Below, piece after piece: positions 38,473-51,870 of a stretch of DNA of 64,000 nt. Positions within the stretch are counted from its first letter, which is position 1. The number at the start of each line of letters is the position of its first letter. The position numbers and the translations under genes were made by a program. The stretch comes from Podarcis muralis (Eukaryota), in contig NC_135660.1 of assembly GCF_964188315.1 (NCBI RefSeq), positions 47,368,001 to 47,432,000 on the forward strand, in the 5' to 3' direction. The notes beneath the pieces were generated by a model. The model was not told the origin of the DNA. It was given only the letters and a program-made list of their open reading frames with translations, and ran no database searches.

Positions 38473-38672
38473 CCAGAAGGAGAGATGTGGCTCAGAGGTT
38501 GAGCATGTGCATTGCATGCAAAATGTCTGAGATTCAATTCTTTGTCTCTCCAAGAAGGGCTTTAGAAAGAATCTTGCATGCGACCCTGCAGAGCCACTGC
38601 CAGCCAGTGTTGGCAAAACTCAGCTGGATGGGCAAGAGGTGTCTCCTGCTATGAGGCAACTTCCTGACCATA
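38473..38672 (+). mobile_element. Squam2-like SINE, diverged
   Basis: tgtggctcagaggttgagcat head and gagccactgccagccagtgt body, related to 317-490. Confidence 0.6.
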
Positions 38673-39653
38673 GTCTCATGAGTTCGCCTTCCTTCAGGAC
38701 CTGAATTTCCCCTATTCACTGAACAGGTTCATTCCTGCTTAGCTGATTAAATCTGATGGGCTGGCAGCCCAAAGTCTTGCCACCACAGGGCAAATAGCAT
38801 CCCTCTTTCAATAGATGAAACAAAGCGTACCAAGGCATTGATTCCTGAAGAGACAACACCACTTATATCATGCCGTAGTATAGAACTGTCTAAATAAATG
38901 ACTTCATGGAATCAATACTTTTAAACAGATACAGGACTTGAAGTGAGGCGGGGAGGGGCGGAGAGGAGAGGGCACCCTTTGTCAAAGCTCTTATTGTTGT
39001 TTTAGCAATTTAGAAAAAGCATCTCAGATATTCTTAACTTGCTCAGGGAAATGAAAGGGGTCCAAACAGCTGTAAAAAGGCAATTCTGAGCTCCTGCTTC
39101 ATTATCCTGTGAGCTCCTTTCATCTTCAGTAACTATAATCATCCTCATAGTCACTTATCAGTTAAAGCTTGAACTCCAGCCACTCTGCAGAGCCCAGAGC
39201 AAAGGCTGTTAATACTGGAACAAAAGAAATAATGGTCAGCCAATACTAATAAAAGGCCATTATCCTGCACCTAGAAGTTAGAGGGGTTCGCAGTCATTTT
39301 GCTACAGCACTTTTACAGCTACATCTAAGCTTCTTGCCCCAAAGCTCGTACAAGACAAGGAGAGTCTCTATCAGCAACTCCAGGACTTGAACATCAAATT
39401 TCGCTGCTTAAGGCTAAGGACCTGGACTGACACACTTGAGAGGGGAGAGTGTTTAGGCCTTGCTCATATCCCTCTTCTTTAGGGAATCAGAATGGACATT
39501 GTCAGCCCCTGGGATTGGTAGGCAGTAATAAGCATTTGGATTGGAAAGACTATATAAAAATGCTGGGAGATAGATGGAAGAAAAGATACCTCAGTAGAGG
39601 GAATTTTTAACTTATAAGGAAACGAAGATGTAATTTTCTTCAGAGTTAGCTAT

Positions 39654-39781
39654 GGGGAACCTGTGACCCTCCAGATGATGTTGAATCCCAGCTCCCATCA
39701 ACCCCAGCCAGCATGGTCAATAGTCGTGGATGATGGGAGGTGTAGTCCAGCAACATCTGAAGGGCTACAGGCTCCCCACTC
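39654..39781. mobile_element. Palindromic MITE, complete
   Basis: ggggaacctgtgaccctccagatg ... catctgaagggctacaggctcccc terminal inverted arms. Confidence 0.7.
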
Positions 39782-40070
39782 CTGAATTAAGAGAAATTTC
39801 TTGGGAATTAACCCACTTTGTGGTTTTTATTGAACATTTTTTGTTGAATGTCAGGTACATGAAGTAATAAATCTTACAAACATACAGAAACAAGAAAGAA
39901 AGACATTGTATATAACATAAGCTAGTTTTAAGGCTTGTAAACTGTCTGGCGCACTTGCAAAGGGGACATGAGACATGCATGGCTTTCTGCTTTTGTACCT
40001 GAGTTGATGCTACGTTCCAGCCACAGGACATTACACTTCTTGACTCACTCAGTTTTCCTCTCTTCACACA

Positions 40071-40098
40071 ACACACACACACACACACACACACACAC
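40071..40098. repeat. (CA)n microsatellite
   Basis: Direct reading. Confidence 0.95.
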
Positions 40099-40449
40099 CC
40101 ATGCATGGGTGCTGCTCACCTCAGATTAACACTTCCTGGAAGGATGAGTGGGTGTGCTTTCTGCCAAACTACAAACCCTGCAGCCTTTGCTTCGGCCTTG
40201 CAATGCACCATTGTCAGAGAGTGATTTGTAGTGAAGGCGTAGAAAGAATGAGGTGCTTAAGCCACTGCAGTCTGAAGTGGTTCAACAGCCCAGACACAGA
40301 TTTACCACCTTATGTACTTTGTGAGAACTCGCCTTGTTGATTATGCTCACATACCTGTAAGAGTCTTTGAAAATTGCCTCCATAAACTCTGCTCATAAAG
40401 AAAAGGAGCAGCGAACTTGTCCTCATGTTACAGGGACTGCCAAGGATTA

Positions 40450-40452
<3 letters not shown>

Positions 40453-40503
<51 letters not shown>
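40453..40503. repeat. (TG)n microsatellite
   Basis: Direct reading. Confidence 0.97.
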
Positions 40504-40506
<3 letters not shown>

Positions 40507-43500
40507 CCCAGTTCCTAGCTGCAAAATATTAATTAATATACTTGTAGGGCAGTTTACTACTTTGTTGTTGTTTATATAGTGCCATCAGGGATATCTGGTG
40601 CAGTACTAAAGCAGGTTCATTAGTACAGAATAGAAAAAGACAGATCTATACCCTGGGGTTATACACCCTAAACTGCAGGGAGAAAAGTACAGCAAGGCAA
40701 TAAAGGAATTATATTGGGTATGAGGGAATGTGTATGTAATGTATGTACACATACTGTAATACTTAGACATGTGCCACTTAAGTGTTATTGAGCCTCTCAC
40801 TGCTGTTCATGTGAATGACTGAATGAATGAGTAACAGAAACATAGTTTTTAAAATGTGTTTGGATCAGATTTTTAAAATGATTCATGATCATGCAGGAGG
40901 GATAGGTTCACAACAAATCCATTTTAAACAAGAAGCAGACTATTTGCAGTTAGGAAAGTGACAGGAAAATGCATTGAAAAGCGTAGGGTGAACGAATGAC
41001 TAACAGGAAGATGTTTCACCACCCCAAAAGAAAATCTGAATGAATGTAGGATGAATGTTCATTGTTGTACAACTGTCCCACAAATAAATCGGAATGAATG
41101 CTCAATAAAACCAGGTACAATCTAACCTCAGTGTAAACGTTGTGCAAACCAATCAGGATGAATGCCCAAAGGCTTCATTTAAATATGAATACTGTAAAAT
41201 CAAGGGGCTAAGCCCAGTGGTCACCAACCTTTTGAGTCTGGAGGCACATTTGAAATTTTGAGAAAGCGCTAAAGAAAAAGTTATCCTTTCCTAACACTGT
41301 TAATTCTTGGCCGTTGTATTTCCTCTTGCTGGTGAGCTGTGATAGAAGCCAACAATTTCAATGATGAAGGGCCAAAGCAAATAACTTTAGGATCCTTAGT
41401 CAATCTAACCTGGGAGAAAATGCTTCCTGACCCCAAGTAAGGGAAAGAGTCAGGACTTTGTACACTAACAATACCTATCCAACTGGGTTTTCTTCACGGC
41501 ACAAAATGGAGGCCATCTTGTGAAAGATACCAGGACAATAAATTCAATTGTCTGTCTCTCTTTGTCAGTTCTTTTCAGCAATTTCATCCAACCTAAGGAT
41601 ACATCTTTTCTACCCCAGACTTGCTCTGTCTTAGATTGCTTATAAAATTATAGGTGAATGGCAAAGGAAAGGCACAGGCGTTCTTTAATAGGTATATATA
41701 ATAATAGGGAAATAACAGAGGGAAAATTGGAGATGAAATATTTTGCACTTCACAGGCAAAGAGTCTTCAATTCTGAATATCTGACAATGTGAATAGCAAA
41801 TCCTTAGATTGTGTGATCAGATGAGAGTGGGTTTTTCCCTGTGCTTCAAAAAAGATAAAGATTTTCATTCTTTAACCAGCTTTTCTTTCTCCCAGTGATT
41901 TTTGCAACATGAAACGATGATGATTGGTAGTCATAAAAGCTCTAGAAAAGGTTAAACGTGGCAAGTGGGGGTTATTGACAAGCCCCCTTATTCAGTTATT
42001 AGCTCTCTATATGAGTGTTGGAGGCTCAGGTAGAAGAGTTGTGGTCTTAGGTAGCTGGTACTACAGAAAGGTTAAAAGCCAAAGACTGAGGGCATCTCGC
42101 ACAATATTAAATTGCTTTTTGCATCCTATTTATGTTAGACAAAAAGTATTTATAATGTTAATGAGCACTGTTGTTTATTATCCTGCACAAGTCAATATCA
42201 GCCCACCACACTTCCAGTGGGCTGATATTGACTTGTGCAGGATAATAAATTGAGGAATTAGAAGAGGCTCAATAGATCATTCCCACTCCTTGATGCTTAA
42301 TCTAAATCTGCTTCCTCACATTTGAACTCTATTGCTTCATAGGAAACTGAGTCAGACCATTCATTTACCTAACTCAATGTTATCTACATAACAGGTAGTA
42401 ACTCTCCAGAATTTCAGGCAGGGGCCATATCCAGGCCATAAACCTGCTACTTGCATGCCAAAACATGTCTGCCCTGAGCTTTCCTCCTTCTTTCCCCAGC
42501 CCTGGAAGAGAAGCTGAATATTGGCTCCCACTCCTCTTTCTACAATACTTTAAAACTGGGTGGTCCACAGGGACGTTCTGAATGAGAAATTCACATCTTT
42601 GAACTTCAGTGATGCAATGAAAGGATGCACTCAACCTCTGCAAACAGTTCAGAGGCTGTCATGGGTTCATTTCTAAAGAGGACATCAACTCAAACAAATT
42701 GGCAGATCTTCCAATGCCACCAGCAGGCATGTCAACAGGTCAAACCAAGCAGAAGATTCGTTTTTTGATAATGCCCTCATCGCTGCTCACTCAGCTAGGG
42801 ATCTGTTACCAGCTTGTCAAGTTCTTTTGGAGGACACCAGCCCCTCCCCACCAATAAACATGTAACTCTGAAAGATGAATAGGGGCCACTGGTTGAAAGC
42901 ATTTAGACAGCCGTTGCTTCCAATAGCTTTTTAAGCTATGCGGTAAGGTAAATGGAAAGTGTCCTCTGCAAAACAGTTCAGCCTTGAGAGGAGACAAACA
43001 TTTATGCTTTTTATATCCCCAATCTTTCTTTCCCCTCATTTGCTTCTCCAATTCCAGGCTTGGCAACAACAGCTTTACAAGGACTCACTCGTGATGCTTG
43101 GGTCAATGTTTTCGGAACTGACATTTTCCTTGCAAATTCAAACCAGGCACTTTCTCATGTTTGGCTGTGTGGCTCCATAATGTGATAACAATTTTAACAA
43201 ACGCCTCCCAAGGTCTTCTTTCTTCAGAAAGACGTTTGTCAGTAGATATTTGTTCAGTGCTCTTGAACAAGTCCACGACTGAAAAATGGTGGCAAATGCT
43301 TAAATCCCTGTGAAATTTATTATTAAAATCTAGAGGGGGAAATCTAGCAGCAAGGGATCTGGGGGATCCCTGTTCCTCCACTAACCCATAACAGTTTATT
43401 AACATGAGCCTTCAATCTGGCCTGATAGCAAAGTAAATCAAACAAGGTCAGAATAACATGGTATGCTGCCATGATACCATGACGGTGCATGCAAAAGCAA

Positions 43501-43586
43501 GCCATGCTGCTTTTTGACATCACCACAAATGAGTTGAGAGGGATGGGTCAGGGCCATTTGCATGCATGTGACTTCATGAAAGCAAA

Positions 43587-43831
43587 TACAGTGGTACCTC
43601 AGAAGTCCAACGGAATCCGTTCTGTAAGTCCGTTTGACTTCCAAAACTTTTGGAAACCAAGGCGCAGCTTCCGACTGGCTGCAAGAAGCTCCTGCAGCCA
43701 ATCAGAAACCCCATCGGACGTTCGGGTTCCAAAGAACGTTTGCAAACCAGAACACTCACATCCAGGTTTGTGGCGTTCGGGAGCCAAAACATTCAACTTG
43801 CAAGGTGTTCGGGATCCAAGATACGACTGTA
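43587..43831 (+). mobile_element. Tc1/mariner (Tigger/pogo-like) MITE
   Basis: TA-cagtggtacctc ... gatacgactg-TA. Confidence 0.87.
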
Positions 43832-44569
43832 CCTTGGTGGGACAGGTGAGCAGTACTGTGTGTTAATCAAGAGTGAAATCTGCAATTTGAAAAGATCCAG
43901 AGGCCCATTGCAGAAACAAACAAAAAAACATGTATTTGTTGGCAGGATTTAAATAGACATTTACAACTTTATTTACAGAAAACAAGAAATATAACAGGTG
44001 ACCAACAGAACATTTGTATAAACAGCAGAATGTAACATTTGGTGTAACAAACCAGAAAAGGAAATTGGGGGAAGTCAACAGGGAGAGGGAAAACTCTAAA
44101 ATAAATGTTAAGTGATGATATTGAATATTTGTTATGAGAAAAGAAAAGCAATAAAATTATGTTTTTTTTATTAAAAAAAAGACCCAGGGGCCCTAATGGA
44201 TCACAAACCATCCTTTCCAAGGACTGTGAACTCAAGAGAGGCAATTGACCAAATGTGTAAAAACACACAAGAAGTGGGATGTGAGTGTGTGTGTTTTCCT
44301 TGGACTTTTGCTTTACGCACCTCACCCATTCTGCCTCTCAAGCGTTACAAGCGCCTGAACGGAACTTTGCTTCCTGACCTTTCCAGTAATTACCCAACAC
44401 TCTTGCAGAACATATCAGAAAAGCCAGCCTTGCTTTGAAGCCATGATCTTTATCGGAAGAAAGAGAAAGAGAATAAAAGACAACAAGCTAAGAAACATCT
44501 TGCTTTGGAGAATGAAAAGATGTTCTGGATTAAAAATTCATTAATCAACATTGCCCTGGCAGTTTACAA

Positions 44570-45110
44570 ATGTCTGTGCCAGCTCAGCCAGCCAGCCAGC
44601 ATATACCTTAAAGGGCAGAGAAGATCAAAGGCACAGCAAGCTCCGGCTCGGCTGCAACCTCCTGAAAAATGAACTCAGCTTAACTTTTATGGCGTTCATA
44701 ATTATGTAACTCATTTCTAGGTGTAAATAATTCAGCGCGAATGAAAGGCGCAACGCGGGAGTGGGGTAGCTGTCCCCTTGCTCATCCTAACGATAAGATA
44801 TGAGTCCATTAACCTTTGCAAACAATTTTAGCGGGGAGAAATCCCTCTCCCAGGCGAGCTAAGCTAACCCTTCATTTCCAGCTGACATTTGTTTTATTTT
44901 TAATCTAGGCGTTTGTCTAATTAAGGAGATAGATTGGCAGCTTAATTTTCATATAAACTCTTTAACATCAATGGGGTTGCGTTCTGCAAACCAAACTAGG
45001 ATTTATTAAGGCAATAAAGGAGGCACTTCATAAAAATTTAAATGCCCGCTTCGTGGTATCCTTTACATGGTCGGGGGGGGGGAGGGGGGTGAAGAGCAGC
45101 GAAGGAAATC
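44570..45110. promoter_or_regulatory. Candidate conserved enhancer (unverified)
   Basis: Repeat-free, retains CpGs, with TTTTATGG (44685), TAATTA (44699, 44918), TGTAAATA (44722), GATAA (44792) and TGACA (44883). Confidence 0.4.
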
Positions 45111-46933
45111 TCTTAAACTGAAGAAAGGTATCTGTAGGACACTTAAAGCCTTTGCAAGCTTTGCATCTTTGTCTGTGAGTGTGCGTTTCTGTGCGTGTTC
45201 CCACATTTAACTGAGTTTCCCCTCTTTCCCCTGAGAACTCAGCAAGAGTCTGGATATCTGCCGGCTTTGCACCTTTTCATGCAAAAGGGTGCACTGGTTC
45301 AAATTAATTGACTCATTTGCAAGAGCCTCGAAGATGACGATGGGAAGAAAGCAGATTAGATTCTCTCTCTTGTGCTGCATCATCTGTTTACAGCAATATA
45401 GTAAATCAAAACAAGAGGAGCCAAGGCACATTTTCTGCCTGTGCCGCAGGAAGCGATGGGGGAAACTTTAATTGACCCCTCAGGAGACAGAAGCAAAAGA
45501 CTCTCTGGGGAAGGCTGCATCTTTAACACAGGGATATGGCTTTTCCCTTCAAACCGGAGGAAAGCATTAAAGCAGCACTCTGCAGGATGGTGCTAGGTGT
45601 CGTGGAAACAGAATCCTCTCCAGAATGGTTCGAGGGAAGCCATTTGTGAGTATTATTCTACATGGCTGATGACTCCAATCCTTGCAGTCTCAGACGTTTC
45701 ATTGCCACCAACAGCTTCTGTGTCCAAGAGAGCTTTCATGAGACCACACTGATTTATTCCAAGTTCCTGTGTTTAGATTAAATACCATCTGCTGGTTATG
45801 ACCTTACAACCGCAAAAACGTATTAACCACTGCCCTTTCACACTGTGAGAAGCATTCTTAAAACCCCTTATATAATTTGGCATCCCTTAATGCATTTTGT
45901 CCATCGTTTTATGCATATCATACGATTAGGAGCGCTAGAGATTGAGCAAAGAGCGGGTTTCAACACACATTCTCCTGTAGGAATTGGTAGACAGGTTTCA
46001 TTTTGAATGAACCTGGGATGTTATCCTATAACCACCAACAAAAATTCTGCCACCATTCCAGACAGGAGGGATTAGCTTATCCCTGTGCCACCTGTGCCAA
46101 ACCCATTGGAGAGATGGAGGGTTGAGAGGCAGAAGCAGGAGGGCTCAAGAGGGATTTGGCATTCCAGTACATTCAAGAAAGGGAATGCTGGATGTTTACT
46201 GCAGGCAGGGTACTCTAGAATCTCCACGCTCGCCTGTACAACCATGCAGTTTATTGGGGGAGCCTTCAGTGAAGCAAGTACCCCTAGCCCTATGAATATC
46301 TTCCTTCAAATAAGGAAGCCCCAGTGCAGCATTTGGCCACATGGGTAGTGATGATGATTACCCTACCAATTTGTTGTGAGGCTGATTCTTTGGGGAACAT
46401 TTTTTCTACAAGGGTAAGGTATTGATTCCTATATTATATCTAGTTAAACCCCTCCAGAATTCTGAAGGATTTCTCTGCAAAGAGTTGTTCTGAATTTTCT
46501 TTTAAAAATGAAGCACTTTCCATTACATCATAATGATTTGCTATAAACGTTAAGAAAGAAAAGGTCACGGAGCTTTACTGTTTTAGGCTGAAATCCTAGA
46601 ATCTTCTCCAGCTTTATGGGCGATGTGGTTCCCCCCCCCTTCTTCTTCTGTGTCATGCAATTTATGCCCTTAAAAACACAGAGAATACCATTAGGTGTTC
46701 CAACAGCAGATGAATCAATTCTCCTATCCTTTAAGTTCAATCATCTTTTATCCCACAGACAGCTGTGGTTATCTCTAAAAACCCACATTTCTCCACACTT
46801 ATCTCCATCAGCGTGTTCCTGCCTTCAGTCAGCAAAAGACTGTAACGAAGCTATTAAAAGCCGATGCAGAATGGTGACAACGCTGCCACTAAGGTCACAG
46901 AAGATAAAAGAATAAGGGGAGCCAAGGCAACGT

Positions 46934-47598
46934 CAAAGGTTTGCTGAGATATAAAAACCCATAATTGTCACCCAAGAGGTAACCAAAGAAAAGCGCCAGA
47001 GCCAAGACCAGACATTGTAGCAGAGCCACACCGTGGGAATGACAGGCCTCCTCAAGATTCTTGGTTGCCTCTCAGCATATTGATTCATAAGGATGATCTA
47101 GATGTTTTTGGAACACATGGTTCTCAAATTTAAGAGAGTGATTTACCTACAGTTGCAAAAGCTAAAGAGAGGGTCCCTTCTTCCTGACTCAGAACCCGCA
47201 GTCTGCAAGCAGGATCTAGCCCCCAACCAGATTTCATCTGGCTCTTTGGATCTCTCCTTCTTATCAGCTGCTCAGCAGACGACAGCAGAGAGGGGCAAGG
47301 GCTTTGCTGTTGTGTCAAGTATGCACATGTAGTTCATTTCTCTGCAAGTTTAAAGCAGAGGATGAAATGGCTCAGGTAGACTTGGGTTCTTTTCAAATAT
47401 GCCCAAAAGTACTCATGCATTTTGCAATTGCATGCATGCAGTTTTCAGGATGCAAGTGAATTTTGAAGTTTGAGATCTTATAAGAGGTAATTCAGGGCTT
47501 GCAGTTCATCTGTGCATTGATACTGTTTGCATTCTTTCTTCTGGGATTAGAGAGTTCTTTGTGCCTGTATTACAGTCAGGATAGGTCAAGGTGTTGGA
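46934..47598. repeat. Copy 1 of a local direct duplication
   Basis: 46934-47215 matches 51871-52152 (7 substitutions in 282 bp); about 47425-47598 matches about 52157-52328 (roughly 89%). Confidence 0.95.
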
Positions 47599-47689
47599 GA
47601 GCATCTTCATTTTTTTACAGTCTGTGAAGAAAATGGAAGGAGAATGAGGTTTTTCAGTACTAAATGTCTACCTCTGTTTTTGTGGAAGG

Positions 47690-48290
47690 TGTTGTTGTTG
47701 TTGTTTAGTCATTAGTTGTGTCTGACTCTTCGTGACCCCATGGACCAGAGCACGCCAGGCACTTCTGTCTTCCACTGCCTCCCGCAGTTTGGTCAAACTC
47801 ATGCTGGTAGCTTCGAGAACACTATCCAACCATCTCGTCCTCTGTTGTCCCCTTCTCCTTGTGCCTTCCATTTCCCAACATCAGGGTCTTTTCCAGGGAG
47901 ACTTCTCTTCTCATGAAGTGGCCAAAGTATTGGAGCCTCAGCTTCACGATCTGTCCTTCCAGTGAGCACTCAGGGCTGATTTCCTTCAGAATGGATAGGT
48001 TCTTGCAGTCCATGGGACTCTCTAGAGTCTCCTCTAGCACCATAATTCAAAAGCATCAATTCTTCAGCGATCAGCCTTCTTTATGGTCCAGCTCTCACTT
48101 CCAAACATCACTTCATAGCTTTAACTATACGGACCTTTGTTGGCAAGGTGATGTCTCTGCTTTTTAAGATGCTGTCTAGGTTTGTCATTGCTCTTCTCCC
48201 AAGAAGCAGGCGTCTTTTAATTTTGTGGCTCCTGTCAGCATCTGCAGTGATCATGGAGCCCAAGAAAGTAAAATCTCTCACTGCCTCCAT
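47690..48290 (-). mobile_element. BovB LINE 3' fragment
   Basis: (CAA)n tail; translations FTFLGSMITADAD...RRLLLGRRAMTNLDSILKSRDITLPTKVRIVKAM and SLEKTLMLG...RRGQQRTRWLD. Confidence 0.95.
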
Positions 48291-50962
48291 TTGTAGCCTT
48301 ATGCATATGCCCGTGGGGCAGAATGGTCCAATCCCACTTTACATTGGGCTGAGTGAGGGCAGAGGTTGGATTAGGCAGAAGGGCATCCCTGCCCAGCTCT
48401 CCTGGCTGAAGTAGCTTCCCATTGGCTTGTGCTGATAAAAGGACACAAGCATCACTCCAAAGCCAATGCCTTCCCCGTCGTGCCCACCAAATGTACAAGC
48501 AGGAAGGAAGCCCACTGGAGCGTCTTCACTGGTGAGAGGAAATTTCCAGAACAATCCCACAGGCATTGCATGATAGCATTGGACCGAAACTGGGCCCAAT
48601 TGCCCTGTCTCTCCCCTCCTCTCCCAACACACAGACACCCCTTCCACTGCAGCTGCAGTGGTGGCCCCACAAACTCCCATCAGCATGGGGAAGGTTAGGA
48701 TTGCACCTTAAACTGGCCCCATCCAGTTTCTAACCAATCCCAGGTCAGTTGGAGCTGGACTTTGATGTGACTGCAATATCATGTGATGACTGTATGAATT
48801 GGCCATCACAGACCACAAGTGACTGAAATGTAGCATTCATGTCACCTGAAACATAATACTTAAGTAGAACTAGCAGAATTTCCCCTGTTTTCTTCAAAAA
48901 CTTATTACTTTCAGCTCACGTGCTGTGGTTTGAGTCTTTGGAGTCCCTTTCGGTGAAACTTCATGAGGCATTTGTCATGCCTGTTTTTCAGCTGCATGTG
49001 GCGTTTTGCCACAGATCTGACTGAAACTTAGGTTCCTAGAGAAGAAGACATAAATCAGTTCATTCACATGGTCAAGCCATCAATCCACTTTCAGAGTAGG
49101 TATAAAACCAGTTTCCCAGGCAGAGTCTTCCATAGCTTCCTTTCCTGATTTGCAACAACTTCCATTTCCTGACACTCTTTTCTGGGGGAAGCAAATGGTA
49201 CACTTGGAAAAGATAAGCAGATTATTGTACAGGTCTGCTCAGTGGGGCCAGGATGGTAGGTAAATGCCAGCAGAATATTGCTGCTCTTGAGTGATATTTC
49301 TATTTATAGAAGTGATTCTCATAGGATGTGAGGTATAAGTACATAGCAGAAAGGATTGATTACTCTACAGAACTTGTTCCCCTAATGTAGCCATTCCCAA
49401 TCATTTTTATAAGGGCATCAGTCCACAGAAATTGTCTTTATCTGAAATGCACCAATTGATTCCCATTCTAGCAACTTCTGACCCAGAAGAAAAATCTTTC
49501 CTTTCATTTCCTCATATGACCACAACCCATCTCCGATAGGCTACTAATTCCCCTATGAATCTGTCTTAGCCTTCTGGTGGTTTCTGAATTTGAGAAACAT
49601 TGACTTATAAAGGTTTGAAATTACTTGAGGTGGAGCTATGCATTGCATATAGTCCCATGATTGATTTTTACATGATCCATGTGTCTTAGAAAAGGGGGCA
49701 TCTGATGCTGAAATCTGAGGAGGAGACATAACCCTTTCTCCTCATGCGTTTCCCACCAAAAATTGCTACCCCCAAAACTATGCATACAGGCAGAGCAGTG
49801 GACAGAGCAAACATCTAGGGAGAAGGAAGCTTCGAAAAGGAAGTCCTGCTGGTGCATATTAAGGTATTCTAGCCTTGTGTGGTCTTAGGATTTCAACTGA
49901 TGGAATGGTTCCTTTCAGCAGTTTTGCAGCAGCTATGTGTTGTGCATTGGGTTGTGAGTTGGATGCAAGGTGAAGTTATTGCACAGTTCATCTTGTGCCA
50001 CATTCTGCACCAATTCACTCCACTCAGATCCCCAATACGCTCATTAGTTTGTGTTAACCAGGACTCAGCTATATTGGCAAAGCAAAAGCACTTTATATGC
50101 ATTGTATGTGCATTATAACACTGACACCAGATGGCGCTGTGGAGTTTCATTTTTGCTAACCCGGTTTCTCATACAAAGTTTACAATGCATTTAGATCCAG
50201 CCCTGCTTAAAAACCCAACTTCTTCTTGATCAGTCAATAAGTTTATTGCTCTAGGTGAAGGCCATCACAAATTCATAACGATAATATCAATAAAATAATA
50301 TAGAGCATGCATCCATAATACACCCAACTTCTACTTTCGTTTAACATGCTTAAAACTCAAATATCATTTCTTATGCACACTGTAAGTTTAAAATAAGGCT
50401 TCTTTCTCCTCTTCCTTCTTCTTTTTTTTTTTTTAAAGTGGCCCACCTTAGTGAAGGTAGCAGAGGCTCCAGGGTCATCCCACAAAAGTCTTCTTACCCT
50501 CCGTCATCATTATACCAAGATTGCTGTTCTAGGTTGCCTGAATCATACATATTTATGGCAAACTCGAAAGAGACCTTGTTGTGAAGCTTTAACATACTGG
50601 GGGGGGGGGGATTTGAGGTTATTCTTGCCTCAATTGCTTGTGTTTTTTAAGCAGATGCACAAAGTGTCATAGCAGCCAATCCTCCGACAGACTGCAATTT
50701 TCAGTGATGTAAAATGCTGATGGGAAGTTCAAGCTGTGTCGACAAATCAAACTTTAACGTGTTTTGTAGCTGATGGAAATAGTTCAAAACACAGCTAGAA
50801 GGCAATCTGAGTGAGGAGAGCATACCTTCTTTTTTAAAGATTTCAACATGAAGGGTTTGAGGGGGTTATAGTTGTTGTTGTTTTTAAAGAGTTCAGCATT
50901 GTGTGAGTCATTTTATGGTTTGTTCACCCATTATATTTAGGACTCGTAATATGGGACCCAAA

Positions 50963-51308
50963 GGGACGCGGGTGGCGCTGTGGGTAAAAGCCTCAGCACC
51001 TAGGGCTTGCCGATCGCATGGTCGGCGGTTCAAATCCCCACGGCGGGGTGCGCTCCCGTTGCTCGGTCCCAGCGCCTGCCAACCTAGCAGTTTGAAAGCA
51101 CCCCCGGGTGCAAGTAGATAAATAGGGACCGCTTACTAGCGGGAAGGTAAACGGCGTTTCCGTGTGCGGCTCTGGCTCGCCAGAGCAGCGATGTCATGCT
51201 GACCACGTGACCTGGAAGTGTCTCCGGACAGCGCTGGCCCCCGGCCTCTTGAGTGAGATGGGCGTACAACCCTAGAGTGGCCCGTACGGGCAGGGGTACC
51301 TTTACCTT
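50963..51308 (+). mobile_element. Sauria SINE, CpG-rich variant subfamily
   Basis: gggacgcgggtggcgctgtgg head and ggtacctttacc tail; TSD atgggaccca at 50951-50960 and 51312-51321. Confidence 0.93.
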
Positions 51309-51642
51309 ATAATGGGACCCACTTCTGGACAAAATGAGCATGTAGAATTTGACAGTCACACGTGATGGTGAACCCACTTTTGTTCAGTGCATTTTGATAC
51401 CAAAGCTATCAATTCAAAACTGAGTCTACCTTAGATTCATCATTCTTCTGATTATAGGATGTTCCCTTTCAGATCAATAAGGCAATAGGCTTCTGAAAAC
51501 CAGTTGCATGAAACTGCAGGAGAGAAGAGAGCTCAGGTCCTGCTTGTAGGCCTCCCATAAGCATCTGCTTGGCCACAGTGAGAATAGGACGCTGAACTAG
51601 ATGGGCAACTGGCCTGTTCCAGCAGGTTCTTCTTATGTTGAA

Positions 51643-51830
51643 TTGTTGTTGTTGTTGTTTAGTCATTAATCGAATCCAACTCTTCGTGACCCCATGGACC
51701 ATGGAATGTTAAGCATAACCTTGCTAGCATGTGAAATGAGCCCAGTTGTGGCGTAGTTGGAGCATTCTTTGGCACTGCCCTTCTTTGATATTGGGATGCA
51801 GGCTGATCTTCTCCAATCCTCTGGCCACTG
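51643..51830 (-). mobile_element. Internally deleted BovB: 3' tail joined to an early-RT fragment
   Basis: Tail at 51643-51701 matches 47690-47745; 51702-51830 encodes QWPEDWRRSACIPISKKGSAKECSNY...LISHASKVML, the BovB RT start. Confidence 0.88.
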
Positions 51831-51870
51831 AAGATGCTCCAGTGGGCTTCCCTCCTGCTTGTACATTTGC

